Both the position numbers and the translations under genes were made by a program. From the NCBI RefSeq assembly GCF_964355755.1, contig NC_092673.1, forward strand, positions 22,751,648-22,815,647: DNA of 64,000 bases. Direction: 5' to 3'. This document shows, piece after piece, positions 48,413 to 62,297 of the stretch. The DNA comes from Antedon mediterranea (lineage: Eukaryota; Animalia; Echinodermata). The notes under the pieces were generated by a model that saw only the letters and a program-made list of their open reading frames with translations, was not told where the DNA came from and did no database searches. The number at the start of each line of letters is the position of its first letter. Positions within the stretch are counted from its first letter, which is position 1.

Positions 48413-48489
48413 AATCTCATGAAAAGACTCTTCTGACCTTCTTTCAATGTTGTCAAGTATCACCAGCTATTGCAGAGATTCATATGCAG
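48413..48489 (+). CDS. GEMIN4: Gemin4-like coding exon 11 (gene continues; remaining exons not located)
   Basis: SHEKTLLTFFQCCQVSPAIAEIHMQ (cf. [20 protein letters not shown]). GTATGA donor, no stop codon reached. Confidence 0.8.
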
Positions 48490-48754
48490 GTATGACATTT
48501 ATTATTTTAGATTCAATATATATCAAAAGGCAAATTACTGACAAAAAATGGGAATCATTAGTTGGATCTCTATGGAGATACCAAGTGAAATAAACAAAAA
48601 GCTAAATCAAAACGATATAAGTAAAACAGCCAGAAAAATTAGCAGACCTTTCGGGCAACCTTCATACTTTGCAGATATGGTGATATTTATTACATGGATT
48701 TGCGCAGAATATCATTTTTTTGGCCTAATAATTATTATTCCTTTAAATACTTAC

Positions 48755-49030
48755 CCTTTTCAATTGCCAGCTGGTCAGATCCATCTTATAAATCTTGATA
48801 CCAGGTGTGATCATATCAAATTTGCACCTGGCATAACATTCACAGGTGTGTAAGAAGAAAACTGATGAGATTGTCTTATAATAAAGTTGATAATTTTTTA
48901 ATGTCTCATCAATGTTTCTTCCATTAAAATCATACACATTTATTAATGATTTATATTTGTATACAGTGAAAGTCCCCAATACTGGCCACCCTTTGGGACC
49001 AACCACAATATTTGTTTTTCCCGTAAAGTT
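48755..49030 (-). CDS. Possible orphan coding exon or pseudogene fragment
   Basis: 276-nt open stretch bounded by cAG and GTAAGT (NFTGKTNIVVGPKGWPVLG...SWQLKR). No recognised family and partner exons unclear. Confidence 0.3.
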
Positions 49031-49455
49031 CTGTTATGCAACACAAGTTTTTCTCCTTGTAGGCCTATAAGAACGGATTTGGGCCTAACTTTTGAAATTT
49101 CATAAATGTTTAAAAAAATAAAATGACTGGCTTTGCAATGCAGTAGGGCAATGATATATAAGATGTACAGTATTATCATTGATGGAAAACAATTAGTTTA
49201 AATATACCGTCCCTTGCATCGTCATTGTGTAGCTTGGCCTACGAGTGGTCAATGGTGTTGATCTATAAATGAGTTTGCATCATTAATCACCCTTTGCAAA
49301 GAAAAATATCCACTGACATTACCCGATCCATTTAGTAATTTTTGCATGATTGGAAATTGATTCGGTCTACCCAACTAGGTTAGCCAATTGTAAGATGCTT
49401 GGTAGACGACCAAGGTCAGTGATTCTGGACTGCAATGAACTATGGAATCAACTAA

Positions 49456-49558
49456 AGGTGTGCTTATGTCGACACTCAACTGAAAGAAACTAGTTGCGCA
49501 AGAGCACATATGTCAACACAGTTGAGTTGATGAGTTTCGTGTCACCATAAGCACACCT
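49456..49558. mobile_element. Small Harbinger-type MITE
   Basis: TIR AGGTGTGCTTATG, TSD TAA. Confidence 0.7.
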
Positions 49559-49804
49559 TAAGTCGACTGCAAAATCCATAGTTATAAATTAAACTGCATA
49601 CTATATACTATACTACAATTATTTCACAATATTAAATTGCATTTATTTTTATGGAAATACAGATTGAAGATTTTACATAAATATTTATCAAATTATTCAT
49701 AGTGTATAAAAAGTATAAATTATAAAATCCATTAACAAATATTTACAGTTATACATTCAGCCTTTCTTTTTTAAATACTATTTTATAATTGTTTTCTTGG
49801 TCCT

Positions 49805-49895
49805 CTATTCCATTTGTTCTGTTTCTCGCATTGAGTAGCCTGTAGATTGTCCTTCAGACGTATCTTTCCTGTATTTATTTATCCATATTCTTGTC
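49805..49895 (-). CDS. Uncharacterised small single-pass membrane protein, terminal exon
   Basis: ttttcAG acceptor, phase 2 match. TRIWINKYRKDTSEGQSTGYSMRETEQME-stop. AATAAA about 160 nt downstream (49642-49647). Confidence 0.6.
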
Positions 49896-50047
49896 CTGAA
49901 AAATATAAAGCAACAATCACACTGGACTTTATTTGATCAAACTAACGGCTATGATCAGAGTAGTAATGCCAACTATAGAAGACACTATGTATCGGTACTC
50001 GTTTTCCATAAGTCTAAACAGGCATATGCAATCACATTTGTATTTAA

Positions 50048-50472
50048 AGGACAACTTGACCGAGGACCACATTTTAACAAAGTATTAGGGATGTACATAT
50101 GATTTCAGAACCATCGTGAGATTAAGGATATTGCCGCATGTGCTCGCCTTACAGCGGTCGCCGTAAATTGCATCGCAACATTTACGTCATGAGTTTTCTG
50201 GCAAAGTCTGGCAAATTGCGAACATTTCTAGTTAACACACTTTCTAAGTAAATCGTAAAAAATATAAATTTTGATTTTTTTTTTTTATTGCTCCTTTTGC
50301 TTATCTGGACTCAAAAGTAGATTTTGCGATGCACCTGTGACGTCACAGAAATTGACAGGGACGGCTGTACGTCGAGCGCGTGCGCCGATATCCTTAATCT
50401 TGCGATCGTTCTGAAATCATATGTACATCCCTAAAACGTTGTAAAAAATAAGGTCCTCGGTCAAGTTGTCCT
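50048..50472. mobile_element. Kolobok-like MITE
   Basis: ~100-bp TIR AGGACAACTTGACCGAGGACC..., TTAA on both sides. Confidence 0.8.
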
Positions 50473-51633
50473 TTAAAGGTTGGCTTAAACTAGATTATTC
50501 CCTAGTAAATTTCCTTTGGTAAAACTGGTGTAGCTCGGGTAAATTGACTGAGAAGAAATTACAAAGACACCAGCTGTTTGTTTAGGAGGAACCAATAAAA
50601 TCCAGTACCTAGACCATTGGATTATAGAAATATTTGGACAACTAACATAATTGCTCTATGTATTCGATAAATGTGATGGTATTGTAAACAAGGTTATACC
50701 AAGCATTGGTTTGAAAATAATAATGTTTAGCAGTGCATTGTCATTTCACTTGGAGACTGTAGATAATTCTTATACTGTAAGGAAAAATAAACCTAAAGAA
50801 ACGTATAAAATAACAAAAACAAACAAAAATAACAATTAAAATGAAACTAATAAATTGATTTAATTTAAGGAAACTACTGTTTTCAAATGATGTTATAATG
50901 AATATTAACATCTCTCATTTCATGTAATTATATCAAACACTTCTATCTGTTTTTCTTTTATTTATTGTTATTGTTTAAAGAAAAAAGATCATTTTATTGT
51001 CTTTCTTTATTGTCCAGTGTTGTTTAAATAATACATTTTGAGAAATTATGGCTATATTTAGAGCAATTGTAGATTTTAAAGTTAATAAATGGAAATGTTT
51101 TTGTTTGCTATCTAGTGGGGAAATTTAAAGATTAGATCCAGGGTGAACACAACAAATTGCTTTTTCCTCCTAAATTTTACAACATGGACATTTTTATCTC
51201 AAATGATAAAAGGAGAGTTGAAAATTAGAGAATACACCGATAGAGATATCCAGAGAGGTTGATTAGTTTGGGTGCGTGTATATGGAAAATGAAAAGAAAA
51301 TCCTCTAAAGATAATCAAGATTATGTAGACAGTCGCTACAACAACAATGTGTATAATTGTACCCACAACAAAAATAATCTCAGTCAATTAGTGTTTTGTT
51401 TGCTGGCTAGGATTGGTGGCCTAAATTTTGCCACATTAGTAAAAAGTTCAAAGACTTTAATAGGTAGATTTTTCTGAGAATGTGTGTTCATATAGTTCAT
51501 ATCCTGTTATTATAACAAGCTATTGTAATAACAAGCTATTGTAATAGTTTGTTGTTATGATTTTTTTTTTTTTATTACATTTCTCCATTCAATGTAAATA
51601 ACAATAGTTTGACATAATATTATACAAATAATG

Positions 51634-51838
51634 AACGGGTGCTTTATATCGAGCTGGGGTCCCGTTAGACATTTGAAATCAGCATTACTGACTCTTATGC
51701 TAGCCTCTGCATCTAGTATCTGCCTTTCTTCTGGTGAAGGTGGGCACTGGACGAGAGAAGCCCTTGATCAATGCTAGGACCAATCAAGGTGCTGTTGGTT
51801 TTACGATTGAAATAAATAAATAAAATAAATAAATAAAG
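51634..51838 (+). mobile_element. 5'-truncated copy of the 5S-headed SINE
   Basis: GAGCTGGGGTCCCGTTAG...GGGCACTGGACGAGAGAAGCCCTTGATCAATG...(AAAT)n matches the body of the 19-kb copy. Confidence 0.85.
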
Positions 51839-52221
51839 TGTAGTGGTACAAATATAATGGCATGAGGTGAATGAGGAAAGTACTTTTGAACGACCTTTCA
51901 ATAGTGCTATGACCCACAATTGTCCAATCAAATGACAAGAATTTATTTAGGTGTTATATGGTATAAATCTGTAAATGCACACATGTACACAAAGTATATT
52001 ATACATATAAAACAGTAAATGAAAAAAGGGTATAAAATTAAATACACAAACAATTTCTACATAATTTGTACATAAGATTTCAAGGTGCCGCCATGCTTTT
52101 CATTTTACCCACAGACCTTTAGATCCGCTTCAATCATGTATGACATGCCACTATTTGACCATCTCATTATCCTCCAATCAATAGATGTGTAATAATATTA
52201 AGACAAAATTAATTAAATTAC

Positions 52222-52436
52222 CTGTGACGATATTTGTAGACACTTAAGCATAGTATCACTAAACAGATGACAACTACAACAGACGCTATAATACCATAGA
52301 AACTGTCAGATTTTGAGAACAAAGTTTCTGAGGGTTGAATATTAAAAGTTAAGGTTATTCCTGAGTAATGTTTGTCATTGCCTACAGCATCTTTTATACG
52401 ATTCAATGTTTTAATTTTTAATTTAATGTACGTTGT
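52222..52436 (-). CDS. Uncharacterised small single-pass membrane protein, exon 2 (TM helix)
   Basis: AG/GTAATT bounded and open. FYGIIASVVVVICLVILCLSVY followed by basic KYRHR is a typical TM helix plus stop-transfer signal. Confidence 0.65.
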
Positions 52437-53420
52437 CTTGGAAATAAACTAATTTATTATAGCAAGTCATGCCAAGGAATAGGATCAGGGCCTTCAATTA
52501 CTATAGATTGCTAAAAAAGTAAAAACATATTTTGTGTGTAGTAAAATCATCATTATAAATGGATAAGCTTTCATTACACTGATTAATATAACATTGAGTG
52601 TATATGATTATCTCCATTATCTAAATGAGATTTTGGTTGTATGGCTTTAAGAGATTTGTTTCACTGTTAAAAACAACTTGAAACAATTTCAGCGTACTTG
52701 TCCTCTTAAAGAAGGTGAGGTTTTGAAATGAAACAGTTAGTATATTGTATTATGTATTGAAGTGTTATGTTATGATCACCATATTGACCAGGATATGCAA
52801 TAACACTACAATGTAAACATTATCCAAAACAACATCTATTTATTTAATCCTTCTATCTATAGTTGATAAAGAGCTACATATATAACTGCACCTTTATTAA
52901 AATTGAAATCAACAAGATAGAAGGCACAATAATACCACGCCCATTACAATCAATTCTTTATTGACTCTCACCGCACGTTACAGTTGTCATATAACACATA
53001 GAAAACAAATAACAAATAGTACAGAACGAGAACAAAATATAAATGTTTACGCAAAAAAATGAAAAATATATATATTACAACAGTTTAGTCCCTCTTTATC
53101 TACTCGAAATTAATGCTCGCTCCTAGAAAATTGCGCATGGGAAATTGGGACACCCGCAATCTAAAATAGACGGACTAAGTGTGAATTGCCATCATCCAGC
53201 GCTTCCCGTCCTGGTGCATAAAGTCCCTATTGCAAATCATTGTTTACAAAAGGCCTAGTGATCGAAAAAGCTTTTTCCATTCACTGTCTGTCAGCAGGAA
53301 AGACATTCAATTCATACCAGCATTTTTTCCCATGTATCTAGCTATAGTAGAAAGACAATTATATACATTTGAAAATTTGTATTGAGGAGCTATATATCAA
53401 TAAACATTTTACATACCTAC

Positions 53421-53528
53421 TTCACCCTTGACTCTTGATGGTATATCGGGTAAGACTGGCAACCTAGGTGGAACTCGGCACGTACAATCATTTGTACTCG
53501 TATCAAAACACCAGGCCTTCTCTGCCAT
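53421..53528 (-). CDS. Uncharacterised small single-pass membrane protein, exon 1
   Basis: ATG preceded by an in-frame TGA. MAEKAWCFDTSTNDCTCRVPPRLPVLPDIPSRVKGE, then a GTAGGT donor at phase 0. Confidence 0.5.
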
Positions 53529-54826
53529 TATTCTTCAGCTATGACTGTTCATATTTGTTATTATAAATTTCCTTTTATTGCTTTTGGTTTCTATGAACTC
53601 ACATGACTTATTAATATTCAATATCGTTAATCAGTTTAACATTTTTAAATAGACTTTGCAGATGGTGAAATCCATGTCTTTCAATGTTAATAAAAATATA
53701 ACTAACAAAATTGTTTGGACATATTTAAATTTCATGGTACAATATTTATAACATTTATTTTTTTATTGTAAAATAGAAATTTTATAAATCGTTACCAACG
53801 TACAGTAATTACCTCCGGCTATAGTTTATGTTTTTCCCTTGTATGTTTGCCTACTTGTGGTTTGTTGAAGAACAGTCTAAAACCACTATTAACCTAGGCA
53901 TGAACTAGGCCTGGGACTCAAACATTAGAAGGTAAATGCCGACCCACCATATTTACTAGATATTAAGTCTCCGAGCGGTTAAGACAGTGGAACTGTAATT
54001 ACGAAGCCATAACATTGGCAAGTGTTCAAGGCTCACTAGCTCCATCACCAGTATGTACTGTAAAACATCTGTTTTCGAGTCATTATTGATTTTGATATTT
54101 AAAATGCAATATTGTTCATATTCATAAAATATTTAAAAAAAATTGTTATTAAACTTCAGAAAACTGAATGGTAATGTGACAGCAATGACTTATTTTTGGT
54201 GATACAAGCATACTATAGATCATGATGTTATACAACACATTATACAGTTTGTAATTTGATATTGAAATAATTTGTAAGCTAATCTCTTTCCAACGGCTCT
54301 CTAATGGCTTTGGCAGAAAGTTTTACCATTTTTGTAAAAAATTATATTTTTTTACATTTTTAAAGAGTGGAATTGAAATTGAGTCTTCTACAGAATTTAT
54401 AAATTGCATGCTTTTATATAATGAATTTGGTATAACACACCTACAAACAATATATTAATATAATAGTGAATCATTTGTATCATTTTTCATCATCATCATC
54501 ATTATTTATTTTCATCATATTGAAATTATGACACAGCAAAAATAAAACAAGAGTCAGAAGATTATTGTTTTAATATTTTATTAAAAAATTATACTTTTAC
54601 ATGTGAAATTTTAATGCAATGACAGATTTGTAATGGCTAAGATTTGAAGCTAGAACATTTAGAGAATTAGAGAATTTATGTTTGTTTGCATTACTGGTAT
54701 CAATATTGTATATAGTATTATTATTATTTGTTAAAAACTGCATGGTTGGAATATGAAATAAATTAATTTTAATGGATTATGTATACCATACATAACTGAG
54801 CATAAATAACCCCTCACCCATTTCTT

Positions 54827-55140
54827 GAGTGAGTGAGTGGCCGAGCGGTTAAGACAGTGGAACCGTAATTACGTAGCCATAACATCGGCAGGGGTTCGAG
54901 GCTCACTCACTCCATGGTTCTGGTGGTAGAACGAGTCTTCTTGGATAAGGACTATAAACCGTAGGTCCAGTGTACACATCTAGCTCGTGTGCACTTTAAA
55001 GAACCTAGTACATCTTTCGAGACGAGTAGGGGGTTACCCCGGTGTATTAGTACATCACAGCCACTGATCACCAACTGGGCCCTCTGGGAGACCAGTCTTT
55101 GACTGAAGAAGTTACCCAGTATAAATATAAATTTCAATCA
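54827..55140 (+). mobile_element. tRNA-derived SINE with Deu/Nin-like central domain, full length
   Basis: A box TGGCCGAGCGG and B box GGTTCGAG. Core GGATAAGGACTATAAACCGTAGGTCC..TTAAAGAACC..GAGTAGGGGGTTACCCCGGTGT resembles the DeuSINE core. Confidence 0.88.
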
Positions 55141-58100
55141 ACCCCCCACACACCATTTTTGCCAAATATCATACCCAGACTCAGAGTACAATACAATCAT
55201 GTAATTACAAAATACTTAAGCACCATTTTTGTAATAATAAAAATAAAAGAAAGCACTTCTCTATTACACTTGCCCCTTATGAAAGCATTTGTTAAAATTA
55301 ATAAAAATAAATTATATTAAAAATCACTTAAAAATAAATAATAAAATGAAATAAGCAAATATATTTATTGTACATTTTAAAGTTATTTGATGCATTGAAC
55401 CAGTGTTTGTTAATTATGTATGATTTCCTAATGTTTGTTCCTAAATATGATTTTCCTATTATATAGTGTTATATTATCCTTAAAAACAGGTAAATTGTCA
55501 GCACTGTAATTTCTTAACTATCTATTCTTAAAATTATATAAAAATAATATTAATTAAAGTACTGAAAATTTGAATTCTTAATTAAAATTTTAAAAAGTGT
55601 TCTGTTTTAAACAATCATTCAGCAGCATATACTCCTACAATTAGAGGCTTGAACAATGACCACATTGCAATTTATTGGCTGTGATTGTGTTGCATACACT
55701 CAAAAATCAAAAACAAAATGTTGTTATCGATAGAATGTGCTAGCATTCCTGACGTATTCAATCTTTACTGCCGTTTGATAAGGAAATTCATTCCTTAAAT
55801 GGGGAAAATATTTCATGATACTGTGATGTAAAGATTAATCATACTATTCAAAACAAAGCAGAGCCATGTGGAAGAGCAGCTAAAAGAGATGCACATTAAA
55901 CGTTGGTATTTGATTGAATTATTCACCAGCCTACCGCTTCACACAAAATTGTTTTCAAACATCTGACCGTGCAATAGACTAAATAACCAACGGCATGTGA
56001 TACAAATTTAACTAAATAATAAAAATGTATAGACTATAGCTTTAATTTTAATAACTATTAAATGAGTATATAACACTCATTTCAAATTTTTTGGGATGAA
56101 TTCTGCATACAAAATCAAAATCCAGGTGGTTTTTTTTTCACAGACAATCTCAATTGTTTCAATAATTTCTGTATTTCCGTTGATTAATTTATGTTAATTT
56201 AGTTTTGTTATATGTACAGTGTATAATAACCTAATAACCTTTTTTCTAATGTAAACAGAGTGATTATAATAGACATAGTTTGTTTACAAAAGCAGCATAC
56301 TACTACTCTAAACTTGAAATGCTTTGTCTCACGCTACTACCGCACGCTTATCCAACTACACTGACTTGCTTATTGCATCATTTTTACATCTACTGAAATT
56401 GCATGTATATAACTTCTTATTAAGAAATTACAAATTGAATTTTATAATATTTAAAGGAGAAATATTGAAGATGTCAATCAAGACAAATTTTTTATTAAAT
56501 TCATCAATAATTTTAGAATGTCAACATTTTATTTTTTGTAATTGATTAGAAAATGTTTAACTATTAATAATAATAGACAGGTATATTAACAATATAAAAA
56601 AATATTGCCCCAAATTAAAAAAGATCACACTTCTTCAGTTCTTCTATAGACCACATACAGTAGATATCAATTTTGCATAATGAATGCCATATGAGATGCG
56701 TTCTTTTATCATCAGACAGTCTTTGATAATCAATTTTTCTATCCATCAGTAAGTCTTGCTCTCATGGGCATTACTTTTACAGGTATTAGTTCCTTCTGGT
56801 CATTAGGAATAGATTATAGTATCTAGATTCAGCCTAGGCCCCAAGATCTCCAACCTAATTTCTCCAGTCTATTGGCTTTTAGTACAGTAGGCTTATTCAC
56901 AGAGATTGGATACGTCAAATTCCCAAACCTTTCTTCTTTTCTGCTCCTTGTTATCACTCCTCTGGGTACCATTTCCTAAGTGGATTGCTGATACATGGTC
57001 AGGTACCACTCCCTTTCATGATACTGTACGTTACCACTCCCTGTATCGCTATTACTGTACATCCTTAAGTATGATTCCAGGCTATATGGCTGTAGGTTTT
57101 GGTTCCTTCTGCTTATTTGTCCTTCAAGAAATGCAATAATTAACATTTTTAAATTGTTTTTATTCATGTAATTGTTGACAAATTTGAGTTACAATTAATA
57201 ACTACTGTAGACATCCTAGTAAAAATACCAGCCCCACATGCCAGATATGATTTTAAAATGTAATTTAACCTGCTCAGTAATATTCCAGTCATTTTTATTG
57301 CGTATAACCTCCCATCCCACAACAACCTAAGTAGTATATTTCCAACCATCGCGTATTTAATCAAAAGCTGTCCAAATACAATTGCGGTCATTTTGATACC
57401 CCATGGGTATGAATGCGTGCAATAACAAAACTTGTATAACAAACAAGCAGTGGGGAAAAGTGGGAATATTGGATCAAAGATGGCGGTTGAAGTTAAAATG
57501 TCATATACACCCAGTACAGTACAATTGTCTATGTGTGCAGTAGGAAAAATGTAAATAACAATAACATTAACAAACTGAAAGTGAAAGTGTTTATAGTTAA
57601 AATGTGAAAAGGAAATTATTGGTAGAATAATTGTATAAATATTACAATGTAACCTTTGTTTTATTTTAGTTGTAAAACCAGATTTGCATAGTGTGAAGAG
57701 AAAAATACATCAAAGAGAGGCCTGTTTTTTTTGTTTTTTTAAATGTTCAGAGTTGTTACTGCGCATATGTAATTGCCCTGGTATTAAACTGACCAATCAT
57801 AATAGTATCAAATCAAATATTGCCAATTATACTTTCCCCAAAGATTTCTCAAGGTTCGTGTATGCGTGTATGAAAACGTGTAATAAATCGGGAGATCAAA
57901 CTATGTTACATGTAACAATTTATGCAGATGTGAAAAGGGTATTATTTCTTTTACCATGGAAGAATTAGGATTCCTCCATGCTTTTCCCTGCACACCTAAA
58001 AGAAAACTGCGATAATATAAATAACTTACTTTTTCCTTTTATGTCGATATATAATGTAGACTAGCCCAGCTATAGCAGCCATCATTAGAATTGTTGTAAC

Positions 58101-58275
58101 AACTCCAACTATTGTCATTGCTATAAAAAGAGAAGATTATAATATAAAATTAGTATTAAATTGTTTATTTCATGACCAGTTTTGGGTAAGTGAAAATAGT
58201 TGCTGTCCTACGTGCATTGCACGTTAACATGCACATTCCAATGGTCTGATACTTGATAGTAATGTACTTTAATAA

Positions 58276-59189
58276 GGCCCCGTTTCTGCTGCCAAAAATA
58301 TACCGTATATATACGGTATATTTTATATACGGTATATTTTTTGGCAGCAGAAATGGGTCTCATAAAAATATACCGTATATATTTGCAGTATATATACTGC
58401 ATAAATATCCCCATCGTTTGTGGATATTATACGGTATATTCCAAAATATACCGTATATTTCGTTCCCCGTTTCTGCTGCACTCAAAATATACCGTAAATG
58501 TGACCCGATTCATGACACGAGGTCAAAAACTAATAGAGCGCGACGCGTTTGTTTTGGTTTTTCTGCTGCACTGAAAGTTGAAACACACGTGTAAAAGCAA
58601 GCAACAGATCAAAATGTCACTGTGGACCGAACAAATCACTATTTTTGCAATTCAATTGTGGGGGGAAGCGAAAGTTGGGGGGAGACTGCATGGCAACAGA
58701 AGAGATACCGAGATTTTAATTACAATAAATCGAATGTTCTTACACAACAACGTGATGTAAAATCATGGTAAAATACTGTATAATAGAAAATGGAAATTAA
58801 AACGGCAATATAGGATAATATAGCATAATATAAACTCAATTTGAATAACAGAGTTGATTTATAGTGACATTTCTAGATTGTGCTTGTATGTGCGGTGTAA
58901 ATTCGTTGCCACTTCTGCTCATTAGATTTAAAATAGAAAGCAATGCTACGACGTTTTGAGAAACCATCATTGTTTTGTTTTTGTCAGCATGTACCGGTAG
59001 GTAAAAACCTCACTACACGAGGTCAATCCATACTTCCGTCTCACGAAATGCATTTTGGGTAATGAAAGTCAACTTTTTTACAACCCACCCACGGAGTATG
59101 TGCAGCGGAAATGGTGCACGAATTTCATATACGGTATATATACGGTATATTTATACGGTATATTTTGGGTTGGCAGCAGAAACGGGCCC
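58276..59189. mobile_element. PIF/Harbinger-type non-autonomous element
   Basis: TIR GG(C/G)CCCGTTTCTGCTGCCAA, internal ATATACCGTATAT repeats, TSD TAA. Confidence 0.85.
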
Positions 59190-60736
59190 TAAAAGTAAAA
59201 CCTCCAGTTTGAATCTCTATCCTAGATTATCTTTACCGCGCTACACACAGGATGACACAAAAACTTTAGATTTCAATTAGATGTGCAAGCATAGATACTT
59301 TAAATAATTTATACAGCTATAATTAAAAACAAAAAGGTTAAACACACAATTGTAATTTTACTATTCAAATGCTCTTCTATAAATAAAAAAATATGATTAG
59401 TAAACTATTAAGCTCTTGCATATATTTCCATATACTGTATTATATAATGAATATTTAAATTTAACACATGTTAGTTTCACATCCACTATTTGAAATTGTT
59501 TGATGTCAGGGGCTACATTAGCTATTGTGACGGACCAAGCATAAGAATTTTAGTCTAAAAATATAGTCACTGTTACATACAAATATGATCACAAAAACGG
59601 AAAATTGATTAGAAATTGAACGATTTTTTAAAACTGTTTATGACCATATAATAATTTTTTTTAAATGTAATTGCTACACTAGTCGTTAGCTCCAAAAATG
59701 TGACAAAGGAGACAATGTGAAGGACGTAGCAATTGTTTTTATTTGACGTTGTGTTTCTTTTCACATCAGACTCATCGTTTACCATATAAGGTAGTAGAAT
59801 CAGATCTATAACTTTTCTCACATATGACGTTATTTTTATTTCCTTGTTTAAAGTACTATAGCCTTTTTAATTCTGAGTATCAAGTTATCATAGATCTCTG
59901 TACATTGATTCGTAATTATATTCTTAATCACGCCTTTCATTGGACTTCATAATAAAATGAGTAATATTGCTATAATAGCTTCTTTTGTAAATAATTAAAA
60001 ATTATGGCAAATCTGCTCATTGACATTTATTTATAGCTCTACATATGGCTAAATTAGCCAATAAAAATGGTGTTAATAACTTTCTCTGATCATCTAATGA
60101 TTAAAATTATACTATTATAATATAAGGTCAGAATGCGTCATTAGCCGTTCTTTGCTCTTTTGGTATATGCGTAGGCCTTCCTTCATTCAATATCTTCCAT
60201 CTGCGTGATTAAGACATTCCCAATGAAACTACTTAAAAGATGTGATATTTATCAATAACATTAATCCGTCAGTTGGTTGTAAAATGCTTTCTCATCTTCA
60301 GACTTTGATCTTATACAGTCATCAAAATGAATGTAAATATAATCTTAAAACATTGTTACTATAAACATATGAGTAACCATGACAGCTCTGACATCACTAT
60401 ATCAAACACATGAATAATTGACAAAGTTCAATGTACTCATTTATTTACACATTATTATTACCTATGATTTATCCTTCTTTTGTCTCTAGCTATAATTAAT
60501 TTACATGCTCATATCTTAGTATGGCTTTCTGTCACTAAAGAGAATAAGTGTGATTGCTAGCTAAGGGCCTTTCTTTTTATCCACATCCCTTTACTTTCAC
60601 TCAAATCATTATGTTAATATTTATTTATCTATACTCTTTTTGTTGTGGTGAAATTAAATATTGAATTGAATTGAATCTCCAGTAATCTCTCAGTATCTCC
60701 ATCTCCCCCAGCCCCCTCAGTGTAGGTGAGCCATAG

Positions 60737-61239
60737 GGTTCCAGGACGATTCGGCCCTGAGACGGCTCACTTTAAACCAAATTCATATTACTTTTTTAAA
60801 GGTCTTCAACAATCCGTATTTTATTGATATTGACAATGTTGATATTATAATATATATAATAATTACTAAAAAAACGTAATTTTATATTCAATTTATTACT
60901 TCGAAAACCTTGTTTATTTCGTGCATTCGCCAAGCGGCCAACAGAGGGCGTAACTTATTTACATCGTTCGCGTGACTAAAAAATGATCATTTTCGACAAT
61001 GTTTTTAAAATGTTTTCTTTATTGCATCTTTTTTCATAGTAGTACTACCCTATCGTCTCTCTGAAAATAAAGTTTGGGGAAAAAAGCTTATTTTATGCTT
61101 AAATTTAAGTGTGCCGAATCGTCTCAGGGCCGAATCGTCCCGGGCCGAATAGTCCAGGGCCGAATAGTCCAGGGCCGAATCGTCCCAGGGCCGAATCGTC
61201 CCGGGCCGAATCGTCTCAGGGCCGAATCATACCGTTACC
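60737..61239. mobile_element. MULE/Foldback-like MITE, left arm mostly deleted
   Basis: GGGCCGAATCGTCC repeats at the right end, one inverted unit at the left. 9-bp TSD GAGCCATAG at 60728-60736 and 61240-61248. Confidence 0.85.
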
Positions 61240-62000
61240 GAGCCATAGTACTAAATTACCACTTGTTTGTTTAAAGGGAAAGTGCTCCCTTAATAGTGTC
61301 TAGCCAAGTAACGATGTTCCAAAACAGGGTTTTACTGTATGTTAATTAAAATAGGTATGGTTGTTTCTATATATAGTTCATTTTTGTTTCTAGAATCTGA
61401 TTCTTACTGTTTTTGATTGATTATTATGTAATTTAAACAAAAGATTTTAAAAATAAATGTGTATACTACTATACATTCCATTTATTACCATAAATTATTA
61501 TGTTTTAATGATCGATAGTGATTTCTTAAAACTCACACTTCTACACAGTGACATACTTTATCTAATTACACTATTAATATTGGTTTACTCGTTTTTTCTT
61601 CTAAAAAGTGGAACACATTAGCGATTGTAATTGCCACGTTTCAGTCTCATATTTTGTAATTTATTTCTGCTACTGGCAGATGTAAAATATACATTGCTAA
61701 GAGTTAAAAGTTAGAAAGTGTAAAATGGAATGTTGCAAAATGGTAAACTAATATAAAGTAGGTTTAATTATTTTAACTACTACAAAGTAGCTTTGCGTCA
61801 GTAGCTCAGGTGAGTCAGATGGTTTTCCTTTTTCTCACATATAATTGTACTCGGAATGCTCAATACATAAAAAAGTTTCATACACAGCATTCATATTATT
61901 GCAGTACCCTCTGCCTCTCAGGACTTAAACCTAACAGTAGCCATCAGTTCAAGCTTGGTGGTCTAGAAGTATTAACAGTGGGCTAGAAGTCAATATTAGC

Positions 62001-62297
62001 AAGTGAGTGACTGAGCGGTTTCTAGATAGTGGAACCATAATTACATAGTCATAACAAGGGTTCGAGGCTCCATGGTTCTGATAGTAGAATGAATCTTCTC
62101 GGATAAGGACTATAAACCGTAGGTCCAGTTTATACATCTAGCTCATGTGAACTTTAAAGAACCTAGTACATCCTTCGAGATGAGTGTAGGGGGTTACCCC
62201 GGTGTACTAGTACATCACAGCCACTGATCATAACTGAGCCTCTGGGAGACCAGTCTTTGACTGAAGAGGTTGCCCAGTATAAATAAAATATTTCAAT
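62001..62297 (+). mobile_element. Deu-domain tRNA SINE copy
   Basis: Colinear with 54827-55140. Confidence 0.88.

Noticed and set aside
61790-61815. U4 snRNA-like start AGCTTTGCG
   Set aside because: Similarity ends after ~15 nt; no downstream U4 sequence.
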